IMG/VR virus record: IMGVR_UViG_3300035661_000067
Location: 1-61,997 of that record
Length of the DNA stretch: 61,997 bases
Strand: one strand, 5' to 3'
Source: a virus
Taxonomy: Duplodnaviria > Caudoviricetes
The notes under the pieces are model-generated. The model was not told where the DNA came from and did no database searches. It worked only from the letters and a program-made list of their open reading frames with translations. A program made the translations under genes and the position numbers. Positions within the stretch are counted from its first letter, which is position 1; each line of letters begins with the position of its first letter. Shown piece after piece: positions 1-8,645 of the stretch.

Positions 1-135
1 CAACGCGGTATATATGCACTTCAAGGATCACCCGGACGTGATCGAGGTTCTGCAGCGACTCGCCAATGCAGCGGTTCGCTCGCCAGACTGGAAGGAAGGC
101 GACATCAAGTCTGTCACCGTGAACATCACTGAAAC
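1..135. repeat. Terminal direct repeat, left copy (circular assembly overlap)
   Basis: 1-135 matches 61863-61997 except C127 vs T61989. Confidence 0.95.
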
Positions 136-156
136 CCCTGTCTGAAAGGCTATCCC

Positions 157-1407
157 ATGCCCATTGATGCCCAATACCATGGCGAGAGCGAGGCCATCGG
201 GGATGTCGTCCCCGGGACCGCGTTGGTGGTGCAGCTTGCGCGTGCCGAACTCGACGCCGCAGTCACCACGGCGAAAGCCTATCCTCGCAGTGTCGATCGC
301 GCGATGAAGGCCATCCTCACGCTCGCCACGCTGGACCCGGAAACCGCCAAGGAGTGCGTCTATGCCCTCCCTCGCGCCGGTAAGCCCATCACCGGCCCCT
401 CGGTGCGGCTGGCCGAAATCATCGCCAGCCAGTGGGGCAACTGCAAGGTCGGCGCGCGGGTTGTTGCGGTGGACCGGGTTGAGAAGGTTGTCATCGCTGA
501 AGGAATTTTCTACGACCTGGAAACCGGCATGACCCGCGTCCAGCAGACCCAGCGCCGGATCAGCGACAAGAACGGCAAAATCTTCAACGACGACATGATC
601 GCCGTGACGGGCAACGCCGCATGCTCCATCGCCATGCGTGAAGCGGTGCTGAAAGGGGTGCCCAAGGCCATCTGGCGCCGGGCCTACGAGGCGGCTGAAC
701 TGGTCATCAAGGGCGACGTGAAAACGATCAAAGAGCGCCGCGATGCAATGGTCAAGGCGTTCGCCGCCTTTGGAGTGGTGCCCGATCAGATCTTCGCCTG
801 CTTGGAGGTTGGGGGCCTGGACGACATCAATCTTGATGAAATTGGGATGCTGACCGCGATTTTCCTCGCCATCAAGGACGGCGAAGCGAAGGTCGAAGAC
901 TATTTCCCGGCTGTCACCAATGCCAAGGCTGCAGTTGAGGCGGCGCGCGGCACGGCGCGCAAGATGCAGGAGCAAGCCGCCCCCGCCGAAGTGGTCGAGC
1001 ATCAGCCCTCCGAGCCCGCGGCGAAGATCGACAAGGTTCCACCGAAGCCCCGCGCGACGAAGGCCGCCGAGCCGGCCAAGGTCGAGGCCAAGCCGAAGGC
1101 GGAGGTCCAGCCTGCAGAAGAGGCAGTCAATGACCTCTTCGCCGGCAAGGATGACCCCGACCGCAGCGATGGCAGCGAGAATGAGGTTGAGGATGCGGAA
1201 GGGGTCGATCAGGAAACGGGCGAGGTAGGCGAAGACTGGTCGAAGCACAAAATCTCCCGGCAGTTCGTGGAGGACTTGGATGTTATGGGCTCAGACGCAG
1301 TTGAAGACCTCTACAAGTACGACATGGAGAATATTCTCCGGGATCGGCCGGGCCAGCATGCCTACCTCTTGGAGGTTTTGAGGGCCGCAAAGGAGCAGGA
1401 GGAGTAA
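157..1407 (+). CDS. Putative single-strand annealing/recombination protein with acidic, low-complexity C-terminus
   Basis: 416 aa; conserved-looking N-terminal domain (AKAYPR...CVYALPRAGKPITGPSVRLAE...WGN) typical of phage recombination modules; follows a coiled-coil partner gene. Confidence 0.6.
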   Translation: MPIDAQYHGESEAIGDVVPGTALVVQLARAELDAAVTTAKAYPRSVDRAMKAILTLATLDPETAKECVYALPRAGKPITGPSVRLAEIIASQWGNCKVGARVVAVDRVEKVVIAEGIFYDLETGMTRVQQTQRRISDKNGKIFNDDMIAVTGNAACSIAMREAVLKGVPKAIWRRAYEAAELVIKGDVKTIKERRDAMVKAFAAFGVVPDQIFACLEVGGLDDINLDEIGMLTAIFLAIKDGEAKVEDYFPAVTNAKAAVEAARGTARKMQEQAAPAEVVEHQPSEPAAKIDKVPPKPRATKAAEPAKVEAKPKAEVQPAEEAVNDLFAGKDDPDRSDGSENEVEDAEGVDQETGEVGEDWSKHKISRQFVEDLDVMGSDAVEDLYKYDMENILRDRPGQHAYLLEVLRAAKEQEE

Positions 1408-1410
1408 CGC

Positions 1411-1644
1411 ATGTCGGGGCCGAACATCAAAGAGCGCATCCTGGCCTGCATCAAGGCTGAACCTCGCGGGCTCACGACACGCGAGGTGGCCGAGAGGCTG
1501 GCCGCTGAACCGGCGAAGGTTCGGCCCCGCATTTCCGAACTCTATGGGGCCGGGCTAATCGCCCCCGGCCCTTACCGGCGCAGGACCGCGCAGGGCGGGG
1601 TCTGGCGCGAGAACATCTGGCATGCGCCTCCAGAGGCCAAGTGA
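1411..1644 (+). CDS. Small winged-HTH DNA-binding protein
   Basis: GLTTREVAERL...VRPRISELYGAGLI pattern; GGAG SD. Confidence 0.7.
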   Translation: MSGPNIKERILACIKAEPRGLTTREVAERLAAEPAKVRPRISELYGAGLIAPGPYRRRTAQGGVWRENIWHAPPEAK

Positions 1645-1661
1645 GAGAGAGAGACAGGAAT

Positions 1662-1925
1662 ATGAACGCACCGACCGACATGGCAGATCCTTATGCCGTC
1701 ACCGCCTCCGAACTCCGGCAATTCATCGAGCGATATGAGCGGCTTGAAGCCGAGAAGAAGGATATGGCCGACCAACAGAAGGAGGTCATGGCTGAGGCCA
1801 AGGGCCGTGGATACGATACCAAGGCGCTGCGGAAGATCGTTGTGCTGCGGAAGATGAAGCCCGACGACATGGCCGAGGCCGAGGCGGTGCTGGATGTCTA
1901 TAAGCAAGCACTGGGGATGGTCTGA
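1662..1925 (+). CDS. gapR: GapR-like nucleoid-associated protein (DUF2312)
   Basis: ELRQFIERYERLEAEKKDMADQQKEVMAEAKGRGYDTKALRKIV...LDVYKQALGM is the DUF2312 signature; AGGA SD before ATG 1662. Confidence 0.9.
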   Translation: MNAPTDMADPYAVTASELRQFIERYERLEAEKKDMADQQKEVMAEAKGRGYDTKALRKIVVLRKMKPDDMAEAEAVLDVYKQALGMV

Positions 1926-2344
1926 TGGTGGGAGAAGAAGAGAAGATCGAGGCCATGGCCGCCGCGACAGAGGTGATGGGGACCGCTGGGCTCGAACACG
2001 CCGTCGCCATGATTAAGATCGCCATGAAGGAGGTTCCGGCTCACATCCCACCGAGCGAGCGGGCGCGCTATGCGGCTCATATTCTCGCTATCGCGGCGGG
2101 GGCCATTATCGGCGAGACGGTGATCGAAGAACCGACCATCGGGCGGCTGATGACGTTCATCAAGTCGGCCGACCTGCTGATGGTGTCGGCGCGAGAAAAT
2201 GTGAACTGGGTCGGTATCGCATCTATCCCCGTCGCCTCCCTCTGGGGCGCCGTGATTCATGGCTACAAGTTTGTGGTGGAGGAATCCCTTGACGACCTGC
2301 AGACCTTGGCAGACTTGGAGGTGGCGCATGTCCGCCCGAATTAG
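1925..2344 (+). CDS. Hypothetical protein
   Basis: 139 aa, TGATG coupling to gapR, protein-like composition. Confidence 0.7.
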   Translation: MVGEEEKIEAMAAATEVMGTAGLEHAVAMIKIAMKEVPAHIPPSERARYAAHILAIAAGAIIGETVIEEPTIGRLMTFIKSADLLMVSARENVNWVGIASIPVASLWGAVIHGYKFVVEESLDDLQTLADLEVAHVRPN

Positions 2345-3227
2345 CCCGGAGGATCGCGCCACGATCGACGCCGCCATCCGTGAATTGCAGGTAATCGAAG
2401 GCGGGCCGAAGCCGAAGATCGACAAGGCGGGCACAAAGCGCAAGGACCGGGCCGAGCGCGCAGTGAGGAAGCTGGGCGAGATCCGCGATAGGCGCCGGTT
2501 CAAGGTCAATGTCGTGCCGCTGGGCGAGCCAAGGGTGATCGCACCCAAGGCGACGGAAGGAACGATCTTCCCGAGCATGGTCAAGGATGTGGTTCCCGGC
2601 CAGCCGGTGCTGCTGGACGGCGCGAGCAATGCCAAGATCGGCGGAGACGTGCTGGTCGGCTGGCTCAAGGGCGCCCGCATCGTCACGCTGACCCTTGAGG
2701 AGCGGGCGACGTGCCCCCGGTCCTGCGCCCTCTGGCAGGAGTGCTACGGCAATACCCTGAACTGGTCCGTGCGCTGGCGCCCGGGCGAATCGCTAGAACG
2801 CCAGATCGAGGCCGATGTGATCGACCTGCTGGACCGGTTCGGCAAGGTGCTGGTGCGCCTGCACATCACGGGCGACTTCTACTCTATGGGCTATCTGGCG
2901 CTCTGGGCGCGGCTCTTGGACGAGCATCCCAGCCTGGCCGTGTTCGGCTTCACCGCTCACCCCGACACAAGCCCCATGGGCGCCGCCATCGCCAAGGTCC
3001 GGGACCGCGATCCCAGGCGGTTCTCGATCAGGCACAGCGGTCGCTCTGGCTCGTGGGGCAGCGTTACCACGCCCCTTGTCGAGATTGACGCACCGATGGT
3101 CTTCGATGTGGCGATGTGCCCCGAACAGCGGGATGCCATGAAGGGAAGCCCGGACAAGATGCACTGCGGGGCCTGCGGGCTCTGCTGGAAGGGACAGCCG
3201 ACCCCCATCGGCTTTTATCAACATTGA
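2328..3227 (+). CDS. GP88-like Cys-cluster (radical-SAM-related) protein
   Basis: GGAGG SD then ATG 2328; SNAKIG, TCPRSCALWQECY, RLHITGDFY and C-terminal CPEQ...CGACGLCW motifs. Confidence 0.7.
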   Translation: MSARISPEDRATIDAAIRELQVIEGGPKPKIDKAGTKRKDRAERAVRKLGEIRDRRRFKVNVVPLGEPRVIAPKATEGTIFPSMVKDVVPGQPVLLDGASNAKIGGDVLVGWLKGARIVTLTLEERATCPRSCALWQECYGNTLNWSVRWRPGESLERQIEADVIDLLDRFGKVLVRLHITGDFYSMGYLALWARLLDEHPSLAVFGFTAHPDTSPMGAAIAKVRDRDPRRFSIRHSGRSGSWGSVTTPLVEIDAPMVFDVAMCPEQRDAMKGSPDKMHCGACGLCWKGQPTPIGFYQH

Positions 3228-3234
3228 GGTTGCC

Positions 3235-3681
3235 ATGACCGCCGATACAGCCTGCCCGCTCTGCGGCTATCCGTTCGACATCGACCCGCTGGGCAAGCAC
3301 AGGTGCCCCAACTGCCTCGGAGAGGGGCTGGATGACGCCGACCCGCTCGACGCGATGCTGAGTGATCGAGAACGTCTGGCGAGGGTGACGGAGTTCCGCG
3401 CCGAGATCGCCCGGCTGAACGGGCTGCTGCAAGAGGCTGGCGGGGCGCGCGACACAGCCATCAGCGGCCAGGCCGCCCGGGGCAGGGAGATCGACCACCT
3501 CAAGAACATCATGGCGCTCAAGGACAGCGACAAGAAAAAGCTGCTGGACCGGGCCAAGAAGGCCGAGGCGGTCCTGCGCGAGATCATCAGTCAGATCGAC
3601 CAAGGCGGCGAGTTTGGGACGGTATTCGACCGCGACAACTGCATCGCTCGCGCCCGCGAGATCATCAAGGGGGCCAAATGA
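3235..3681 (+). CDS. Hypothetical zinc-ribbon/coiled-coil protein
   Basis: CPLC...CPNC then coiled coil; GAGGT SD. Confidence 0.7.
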   Translation: MTADTACPLCGYPFDIDPLGKHRCPNCLGEGLDDADPLDAMLSDRERLARVTEFRAEIARLNGLLQEAGGARDTAISGQAARGREIDHLKNIMALKDSDKKKLLDRAKKAEAVLREIISQIDQGGEFGTVFDRDNCIARAREIIKGAK

Positions 3682-3968
3682 TGGTGGAAATAATCGTTCG
3701 ACTGGAAAACTGCGGCACGTGCCACTGGTGGGATCAGGCGACGAGGCTGACGCCCGAGGGTATCGTGCAAAAGACGCCCGAAGGGGCCTGCCACGGGTCG
3801 CCTCCGGCGCTGCTACTGACGGGCGAATGGAAGCTGCCTTTCACGCCGGCTAGCTTCTTCTGCGCGACATGGAAGTCGATCAGCTACCAGACCATCACCC
3901 TTCCTGCCGCGGAGCCCGCGCCCGCCGCGAAGCCCAAGCGGGTGCGCAAACCCCCGGCCCGGAAATGA
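3678..3968 (+). CDS. Hypothetical Cys-rich protein
   Basis: CGTCHWW...GACH...FCATW; ATGA overlaps at both ends. Confidence 0.7.
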   Translation: MMVEIIVRLENCGTCHWWDQATRLTPEGIVQKTPEGACHGSPPALLLTGEWKLPFTPASFFCATWKSISYQTITLPAAEPAPAAKPKRVRKPPARK

Positions 3969-4702
3969 GGCGCTGGGTGATGGTAATGCTGCTGTGCGCC
4001 GGACCCGCCCTAGCTGATGGCCCCTCCACCATCCCGGGGGATCAGTGCGATACGCCTTTCATGGATTTGCCGACCTTCGCCGACCAATTCCCGGGCATCC
4101 CGGCGCAAATCGTTCACGGATGGTATGACACCGCGCTGCGCGAGTGGAGCGCGGCCTGCATCAGCCCCGGCGAGCGGCTGCGCGCCATGGGCTATACCGA
4201 TGAGGAACTGCTGGGCTGGGTCTTCAATGGCGGCGGCCATGTTCCCCCCAAGCCGGAGCCCGTGCCTCTGCCGTGGAGCGGCCTGCTGCTGCTCGTGCCC
4301 CTGTTGATGCTGTGGAGGATAGCGCGCATGCCAGACCTCGCCGGGCGCGGCCCGCTGGGACAGAAGAAGGGCAAGAAGCCCAAGGTCCAGAAGCGGGTGC
4401 TCGACAAGGCCCGCATCGAGGCGATCCACGGCCTGCCATGCGTGGCCTGCCGGGAATATGGAGACAAGCAGGAGACGCCGACCCAGGCGCACCACTGCAT
4501 CAGCGGGCGCTATAGCAGCGTCCGCGCGGGAGACGATGCCGCCATCCCTCTGTGCGAAGACCATCACCAGGGCGATCGGGGCAGCGACAAGGTAGCCATC
4601 CACAAGGACAAGGCGGCATGGGAAGCGAAGTATGGACCCGATACCGGGTTCATCGCCGTCACCGATTGGCTCATTCAGACAGGAGGGAAGCATGGGCTTT
4701 GA
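3965..4702 (+). CDS. Exported VPLPA-CTERM-like protein fused in frame to a Ref/DUF968-like HNH nuclease (internal start 4328)
   Basis: Signal peptide MRRWVMVMLLCAGPALA; PEPVPLPWSGLLLLVPLLMLWRIAR; GGAGG SD plus ATG 4328; CVAC...HH...CEDHH. Confidence 0.7.
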   Translation: MRRWVMVMLLCAGPALADGPSTIPGDQCDTPFMDLPTFADQFPGIPAQIVHGWYDTALREWSAACISPGERLRAMGYTDEELLGWVFNGGGHVPPKPEPVPLPWSGLLLLVPLLMLWRIARMPDLAGRGPLGQKKGKKPKVQKRVLDKARIEAIHGLPCVACREYGDKQETPTQAHHCISGRYSSVRAGDDAAIPLCEDHHQGDRGSDKVAIHKDKAAWEAKYGPDTGFIAVTDWLIQTGGKHGL

Positions 4703-5558
4703 CCACAAGTCGCTGGCGGTGCCTGACCCCTGCGACAAGGCGACGTGCGACGGATGCGGGAAGGTCGAGGTTTTCCCGCACATACTGCCCACAAAGCAGA
4801 GCGACACCATAAATTGGCCCGCCTGCGTCAAAACCATGCAGGAGAAGGGCTGGTTCTTCGGGGGCAGAAGAAACCGCCTGCTGTGCCCAAACTGCAAGAC
4901 TGGACCGCAAACCATCGCTCAAACATCGGAGACGAAAGTGACGCCTGACCTGCTTGGAACCCAACCGGAGACGCCGAAGAAGCGCCGGGCGCATAGCAGC
5001 GTCCAGGCTGTCAATGATCGCCTCGGGGTGGTCAGGAAGATGCTTCTGGAGGGCGGCCCGGATCGCATCACCATCAAGGAAATCAGCCTCAGAACGGGGT
5101 TTTCCATCAACACCAGCAAGGCCGATATTCTGGCCTTGGGCTGGACCCATGATGGCAAGGTGGCGATTCCGCCCGTAAATGCGGAGCCAGAGCCTATCGT
5201 GCCGACACAAGCCCAGCGCAGGGCCATGACGGCGGCCCTCTCTGTCGCCTATGACATCGGCGGCCAGACCTATCACGAGGGGCATACCGACGCGACGGCG
5301 GCCATGGCCGCTGGCGTGAGCGAGTCGATGCTGGCAGGGCATCGGGACGCCAGCTATGGACCGGCGCCGGTTATCCTGCCGCCCGTGGATCTGGAGCAGA
5401 TGGCGACGGACTATGCTAGCCTCAAAGCCCGGGTCGAGTCTTACATCACCAAGCGGACGGCGAAGCGCGCGGAAGAGGATGCTTTCTCCCAGAGGATGGA
5501 AGACGAGGTGGCGGCCTTCGGCGCGGCGATTGAGCGCGCGAGGCTCAGCCGTGGGTGA
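4692..5558 (+). CDS. Zn-ribbon + HTH + C-terminal domain/coiled-coil protein (paralogue of 57258-58151)
   Basis: AGGAGG SD; CDGC...CPNC; ITIKEISLRTGFSINT; PTQAQRR...AYD...TD...YGP. Confidence 0.7.
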   Translation: MGFDHKSLAVPDPCDKATCDGCGKVEVFPHILPTKQSDTINWPACVKTMQEKGWFFGGRRNRLLCPNCKTGPQTIAQTSETKVTPDLLGTQPETPKKRRAHSSVQAVNDRLGVVRKMLLEGGPDRITIKEISLRTGFSINTSKADILALGWTHDGKVAIPPVNAEPEPIVPTQAQRRAMTAALSVAYDIGGQTYHEGHTDATAAMAAGVSESMLAGHRDASYGPAPVILPPVDLEQMATDYASLKARVESYITKRTAKRAEEDAFSQRMEDEVAAFGAAIERARLSRG

Positions 5559-5928
5559 CGACTTCTCCTCGCATCCAACCCGCCATACCGCCGCGAAGGA
5601 CCACAAGTGCGAGTGCTGCGAGCGCACTATCCCGAAGGGCTCGACCTATGTCCGGCTGGCCGGGGTGTATGAGGGCGGGTTCTGGTCGCTCAAGTGCCAC
5701 GCGGACTGCGCGGAGGCTTGGTGGGTCTTCCCGCAAGTCCTCGGCTGCGGCTGGGACGAGTTCTCGATGCAGTATGTGATCGAGTTGGACATGATGACTG
5801 CCGATGAGGCGCAGGACACGCTGAACAGGGTGCGCGGCTTCTATCCTCATGTGGTCTGCAGGCTCGAAAGAAGCCTCGAACGGATGCTCGCCATGAACGA
5901 TGATGAAGACGCCCCGATGTTCAGCTAA
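5551..5928 (+). CDS. Hypothetical zinc-finger phage protein
   Basis: GTG start; AAKDHKCECCERTIPKGSTY...KCHADC, a common phage motif. Confidence 0.7.
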   Translation: MGDDFSSHPTRHTAAKDHKCECCERTIPKGSTYVRLAGVYEGGFWSLKCHADCAEAWWVFPQVLGCGWDEFSMQYVIELDMMTADEAQDTLNRVRGFYPHVVCRLERSLERMLAMNDDEDAPMFS

Positions 5929-6257
5929 GGCGGCCCGCCCCAGAGCATCCTGAAACACTTCTCCAGAAGGGAGGCTACCTCGGCCTCCCTTTCTGCATCT
6001 GGTGTCATGGGCTGGTAGCTGAACCCCTGCCCTATATGGGTCACGATGGGCATGCCCTTGCGGCGGAGGCGCCGGATATGCGGGTCAACCACGTCGCGCG
6101 GGTCGCTGTCGTAGTTGCACAGGAGGTCTGCAATCTCGCCGCGCGTCCTGACCATGCCTGGGCGGAGGCACAGGAGTTCTGCGATGATAAACTCGGTCTT
6201 GGTGAGGGTGACGAACCGGCTATCGACCCATAGGCCATGGCGGGCGAGGTCAATCAT
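5925..6257 (-). CDS. Stand-alone OmpR/PhoB-type winged-helix DNA-binding domain (ChvI/CtrA-like)
   Basis: LTKTEFIIAELLCLRPGMVRTR...VVDPHIRRLRRK...IVTHIGQGF; no receiver domain. Confidence 0.8.
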   Translation of the reverse strand: MIDLARHGLWVDSRFVTLTKTEFIIAELLCLRPGMVRTRGEIADLLCNYDSDPRDVVDPHIRRLRRKGMPIVTHIGQGFSYQPMTPDAEREAEVASLLEKCFRMLWGGPP

Positions 6258-6460
6258 CGGCCCGAGGCGGCCTCATTCCGCAGCTTGCAGATCCGCAGCG
6301 CCTCGCGGTCACGGTTCCACTGCTTCGCGGCCTCAAGGCCGGACAGGGCATGCGTCGGGGCAGGCACGGGATCATCGCACGGGGGCTGCGCCAGCGGGAC
6401 CGGGGGCTTAGCGCACCCAGCCAGGCTCAACGCAAGCAGGGCCGACATCAGGAATCGCAT
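6254..6460 (-). CDS. o-spanin (Rz1-like lipoprotein)
   Basis: Lipobox LAGC, Pro-rich, overlaps the i-spanin 3' end, GGAGG SD. Confidence 0.75.
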   Translation of the reverse strand: MRFLMSALLALSLAGCAKPPVPLAQPPCDDPVPAPTHALSGLEAAKQWNRDREALRICKLRNEAASGR

Positions 6461-6665
6461 TCAGCTTGTCCTCCCACTCCCGGGTGTCGGCGCGGCTCTT
6501 GGCTTCCATCGCATCCAGCGCCATGCGCTTGTCGCGCGCGGCATTGTCGGTCTTCACTGTGGCGGCGTCGATGCCCGCCTGCATGCGCCAAGTGCCATAG
6601 CGATCGCCGGCAAAGAAGATCAGTCCGACCACCAGGAAGGCCCAGTTGATCTGGACCCACTTCAT
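6408..6665 (-). CDS. i-spanin (Rz-like)
   Basis: N-terminal TM (WAFLVVGLIFFAG), helical periplasmic part, C-terminal Cys; ATGA coupling. Confidence 0.7.
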   Translation of the reverse strand: MKWVQINWAFLVVGLIFFAGDRYGTWRMQAGIDAATVKTDNAARDKRMALDAMEAKSRADTREWEDKLNAIPDVGPACVEPGWVR

Positions 6666-6955
6666 TCCGGCGCCTTGGGGGCGATGGTCTTCTGGTGGAT
6701 CATCCGGCCAGGGCCGATAAGGAAGGCGCAGGCAAGGATTCCGCGGAAGCACTGCACCGTGACCCAATGCCTGGTGTCTGCCGGGATCACGTCATCGACC
6801 GTGACGAAACCCTGCAGCGTCTCCGGGATCAGCCCCTGCAGGTTCACCGCACCGATGATTCCCATGAGTATGCTCTGGATATACCAGAGCCACATCACGA
6901 TGGATTTCTTGGCGACGGTTGCTGCGTTGTCGATCATCTTCATCACGTCCCTCAT
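6662..6955 (-). CDS. Holin-like membrane protein
   Basis: 97 aa, two hydrophobic segments, ends RMIHQK; in lysis cassette. Confidence 0.55.
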   Translation of the reverse strand: MRDVMKMIDNAATVAKKSIVMWLWYIQSILMGIIGAVNLQGLIPETLQGFVTVDDVIPADTRHWVTVQCFRGILACAFLIGPGRMIHQKTIAPKAPE

Positions 6956-7332
6956 TTCTCAGGAATTGCCACCGAATCACCCTCGGCGAACAGACAGGTC
7001 GGGCTTGAGGTCTTCACGCCCCAAGAGCCCGCGCTGTTGGTCGATCGCTTGACGAGTGTCGCGCGCCAGACCTTCTCCACCGGGTCATAGTAGATTTCCA
7101 CCTTGCGGCCCGTATCATCAAACTGGACCCACGTCGCGCCGATCTTCGCCCCATTGTGCTGCGCCGCCATCCGGGCGACCATTTCGTCATGCCTGATGTA
7201 GGTGCACGGGTCAGTGTAGGGGATAGGCGCCAGCGGATCGACGGCGGCCCCAGACGCGCTCGCAAAGAGCCCGACGAAGATCAGGACTTTCCAGCCCCAG
7301 CGATCAAACCTTGCCTTTGCCATCAAGCCCAT
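6952..7332 (-). CDS. Hypothetical exported protein
   Basis: Signal-peptide-like N-terminus, two Cys; start may be 7323. Confidence 0.6.
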   Translation of the reverse strand: MGLMAKARFDRWGWKVLIFVGLFASASGAAVDPLAPIPYTDPCTYIRHDEMVARMAAQHNGAKIGATWVQFDDTGRKVEIYYDPVEKVWRATLVKRSTNSAGSWGVKTSSPTCLFAEGDSVAIPEK

Positions 7333-8633
7333 CCGTTGCTGAATTGCGCGCTGTTGTCCCCGAGGTATTGCACGATGATGGAAGAGTTCGCCCTGCAGTG
7401 CGCCGAGGCTGCGGTGGTTAGAGCTACGCTCGGAATGATCGTTCCCGCGGCTGTCACCTTGAATGTCGCCTCGATCAGGAGTTGCAACTCCGCGCCCGAG
7501 GCGCCAGTGATAACTTGAGAGGCGCCGGTATTATCGAGCAGCCCCATAGCCACCCCCCCGCCCAATGCGTCCACACTGCCCACGTCCCGGCCAATGCTTT
7601 GGAAGCAGACTTCGGCAATGGTGGCTGTCCCGGCCAGGGTGAAGGTCAGGTTGCCGGTGACGATGCTCATGTTGTCCAGAGACGCAGAGAGCGTCATCGA
7701 ATACTGGCCCACGGGCAGGGTCAGAGCGCCCGAGAGTGTCGGCCCGAAGTTGAACAACTTCTGGACGGCAGTGGTGCTGGTCAGCACATAGTCCGCAGCC
7801 ATGCGCCCCCAATAGCGTGGCCCGGACGAGATCGGGACGCCCGCGATCCGCAGTCCAGTGGAAGCGTTGATGTCGCCGGTTACGTCCAGAGCATAGGCCG
7901 GGGTCGGGTTGCCGATGCCCACACGCCCGTTGTATGCGCTGTAAGCGTCGAAGGTATAGACCATCGGGTTGGCGATGTCGGCGCCCAGCGCCATCTGCCC
8001 AAGGCCCATGTTGAAGGTCAGGCCGCCCTGTCGCGTGGCCCCAGCAGCTCCATTGGTCAGGAGCAGTCCTGCCTGGGTCGTTCCGACGATGGATATGCCG
8101 CCGTTGACGGGCAGTTCCGTGCCGACCACAAGGCGGCGATAGTTCGTGGCGAAGGCGTTTGGGTCGCCCGTGCCGATGCCAAAGTGGCCCAGCTCGGACA
8201 CCTTGAACGCATCGACCTCGGACCCGGCGCGCATGGTCTTGACGCCATATCCGCCATCTTCGGAGCCATTCACCGGGTCCACAATCCAGCCATAGACGCG
8301 AGCGTAGGGTATCAGTTGGTCTGTGCTGTCGCGCCCCTCAAAGATCAGTTGACCGATCAGGTCGCTTGCTGCCGGAGACGCACTGTTGCGCTGGATGTGG
8401 ATATTGGGCGCAGCGGCGGCGGTGCCATCGGCCGATTTCACATAGAAGTCGTCGTTAATGGTGTTGTTGCCCCCGGTCAGGGCCGAGAGGCTGATGGTGA
8501 TAAGCCCCGTGGTCGGATCGCGCATGAATTGAAGCGTCGAGAGGTTCAGCTTGACCGGGCCCGATGGATCACCCAGGTCGATGTAGAAATCCTTGGACAG
8601 GTTTTCCGGTGTGACTACCTTGCGGGGGGCCAT
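7323..8633 (-). CDS. Tail fibre/spike-like protein
   Basis: 436 aa; FGIGTGDP and VGIGNPTPAYALDVTGDI fibre repeats; beta-rich C-terminus; AGGAG SD. Confidence 0.65.
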   Translation of the reverse strand: MAPRKVVTPENLSKDFYIDLGDPSGPVKLNLSTLQFMRDPTTGLITISLSALTGGNNTINDDFYVKSADGTAAAAPNIHIQRNSASPAASDLIGQLIFEGRDSTDQLIPYARVYGWIVDPVNGSEDGGYGVKTMRAGSEVDAFKVSELGHFGIGTGDPNAFATNYRRLVVGTELPVNGGISIVGTTQAGLLLTNGAAGATRQGGLTFNMGLGQMALGADIANPMVYTFDAYSAYNGRVGIGNPTPAYALDVTGDINASTGLRIAGVPISSGPRYWGRMAADYVLTSTTAVQKLFNFGPTLSGALTLPVGQYSMTLSASLDNMSIVTGNLTFTLAGTATIAEVCFQSIGRDVGSVDALGGGVAMGLLDNTGASQVITGASGAELQLLIEATFKVTAAGTIIPSVALTTAASAHCRANSSIIVQYLGDNSAQFSNGWA

Positions 8634-8645
8634 GTCGGGTTCTCC

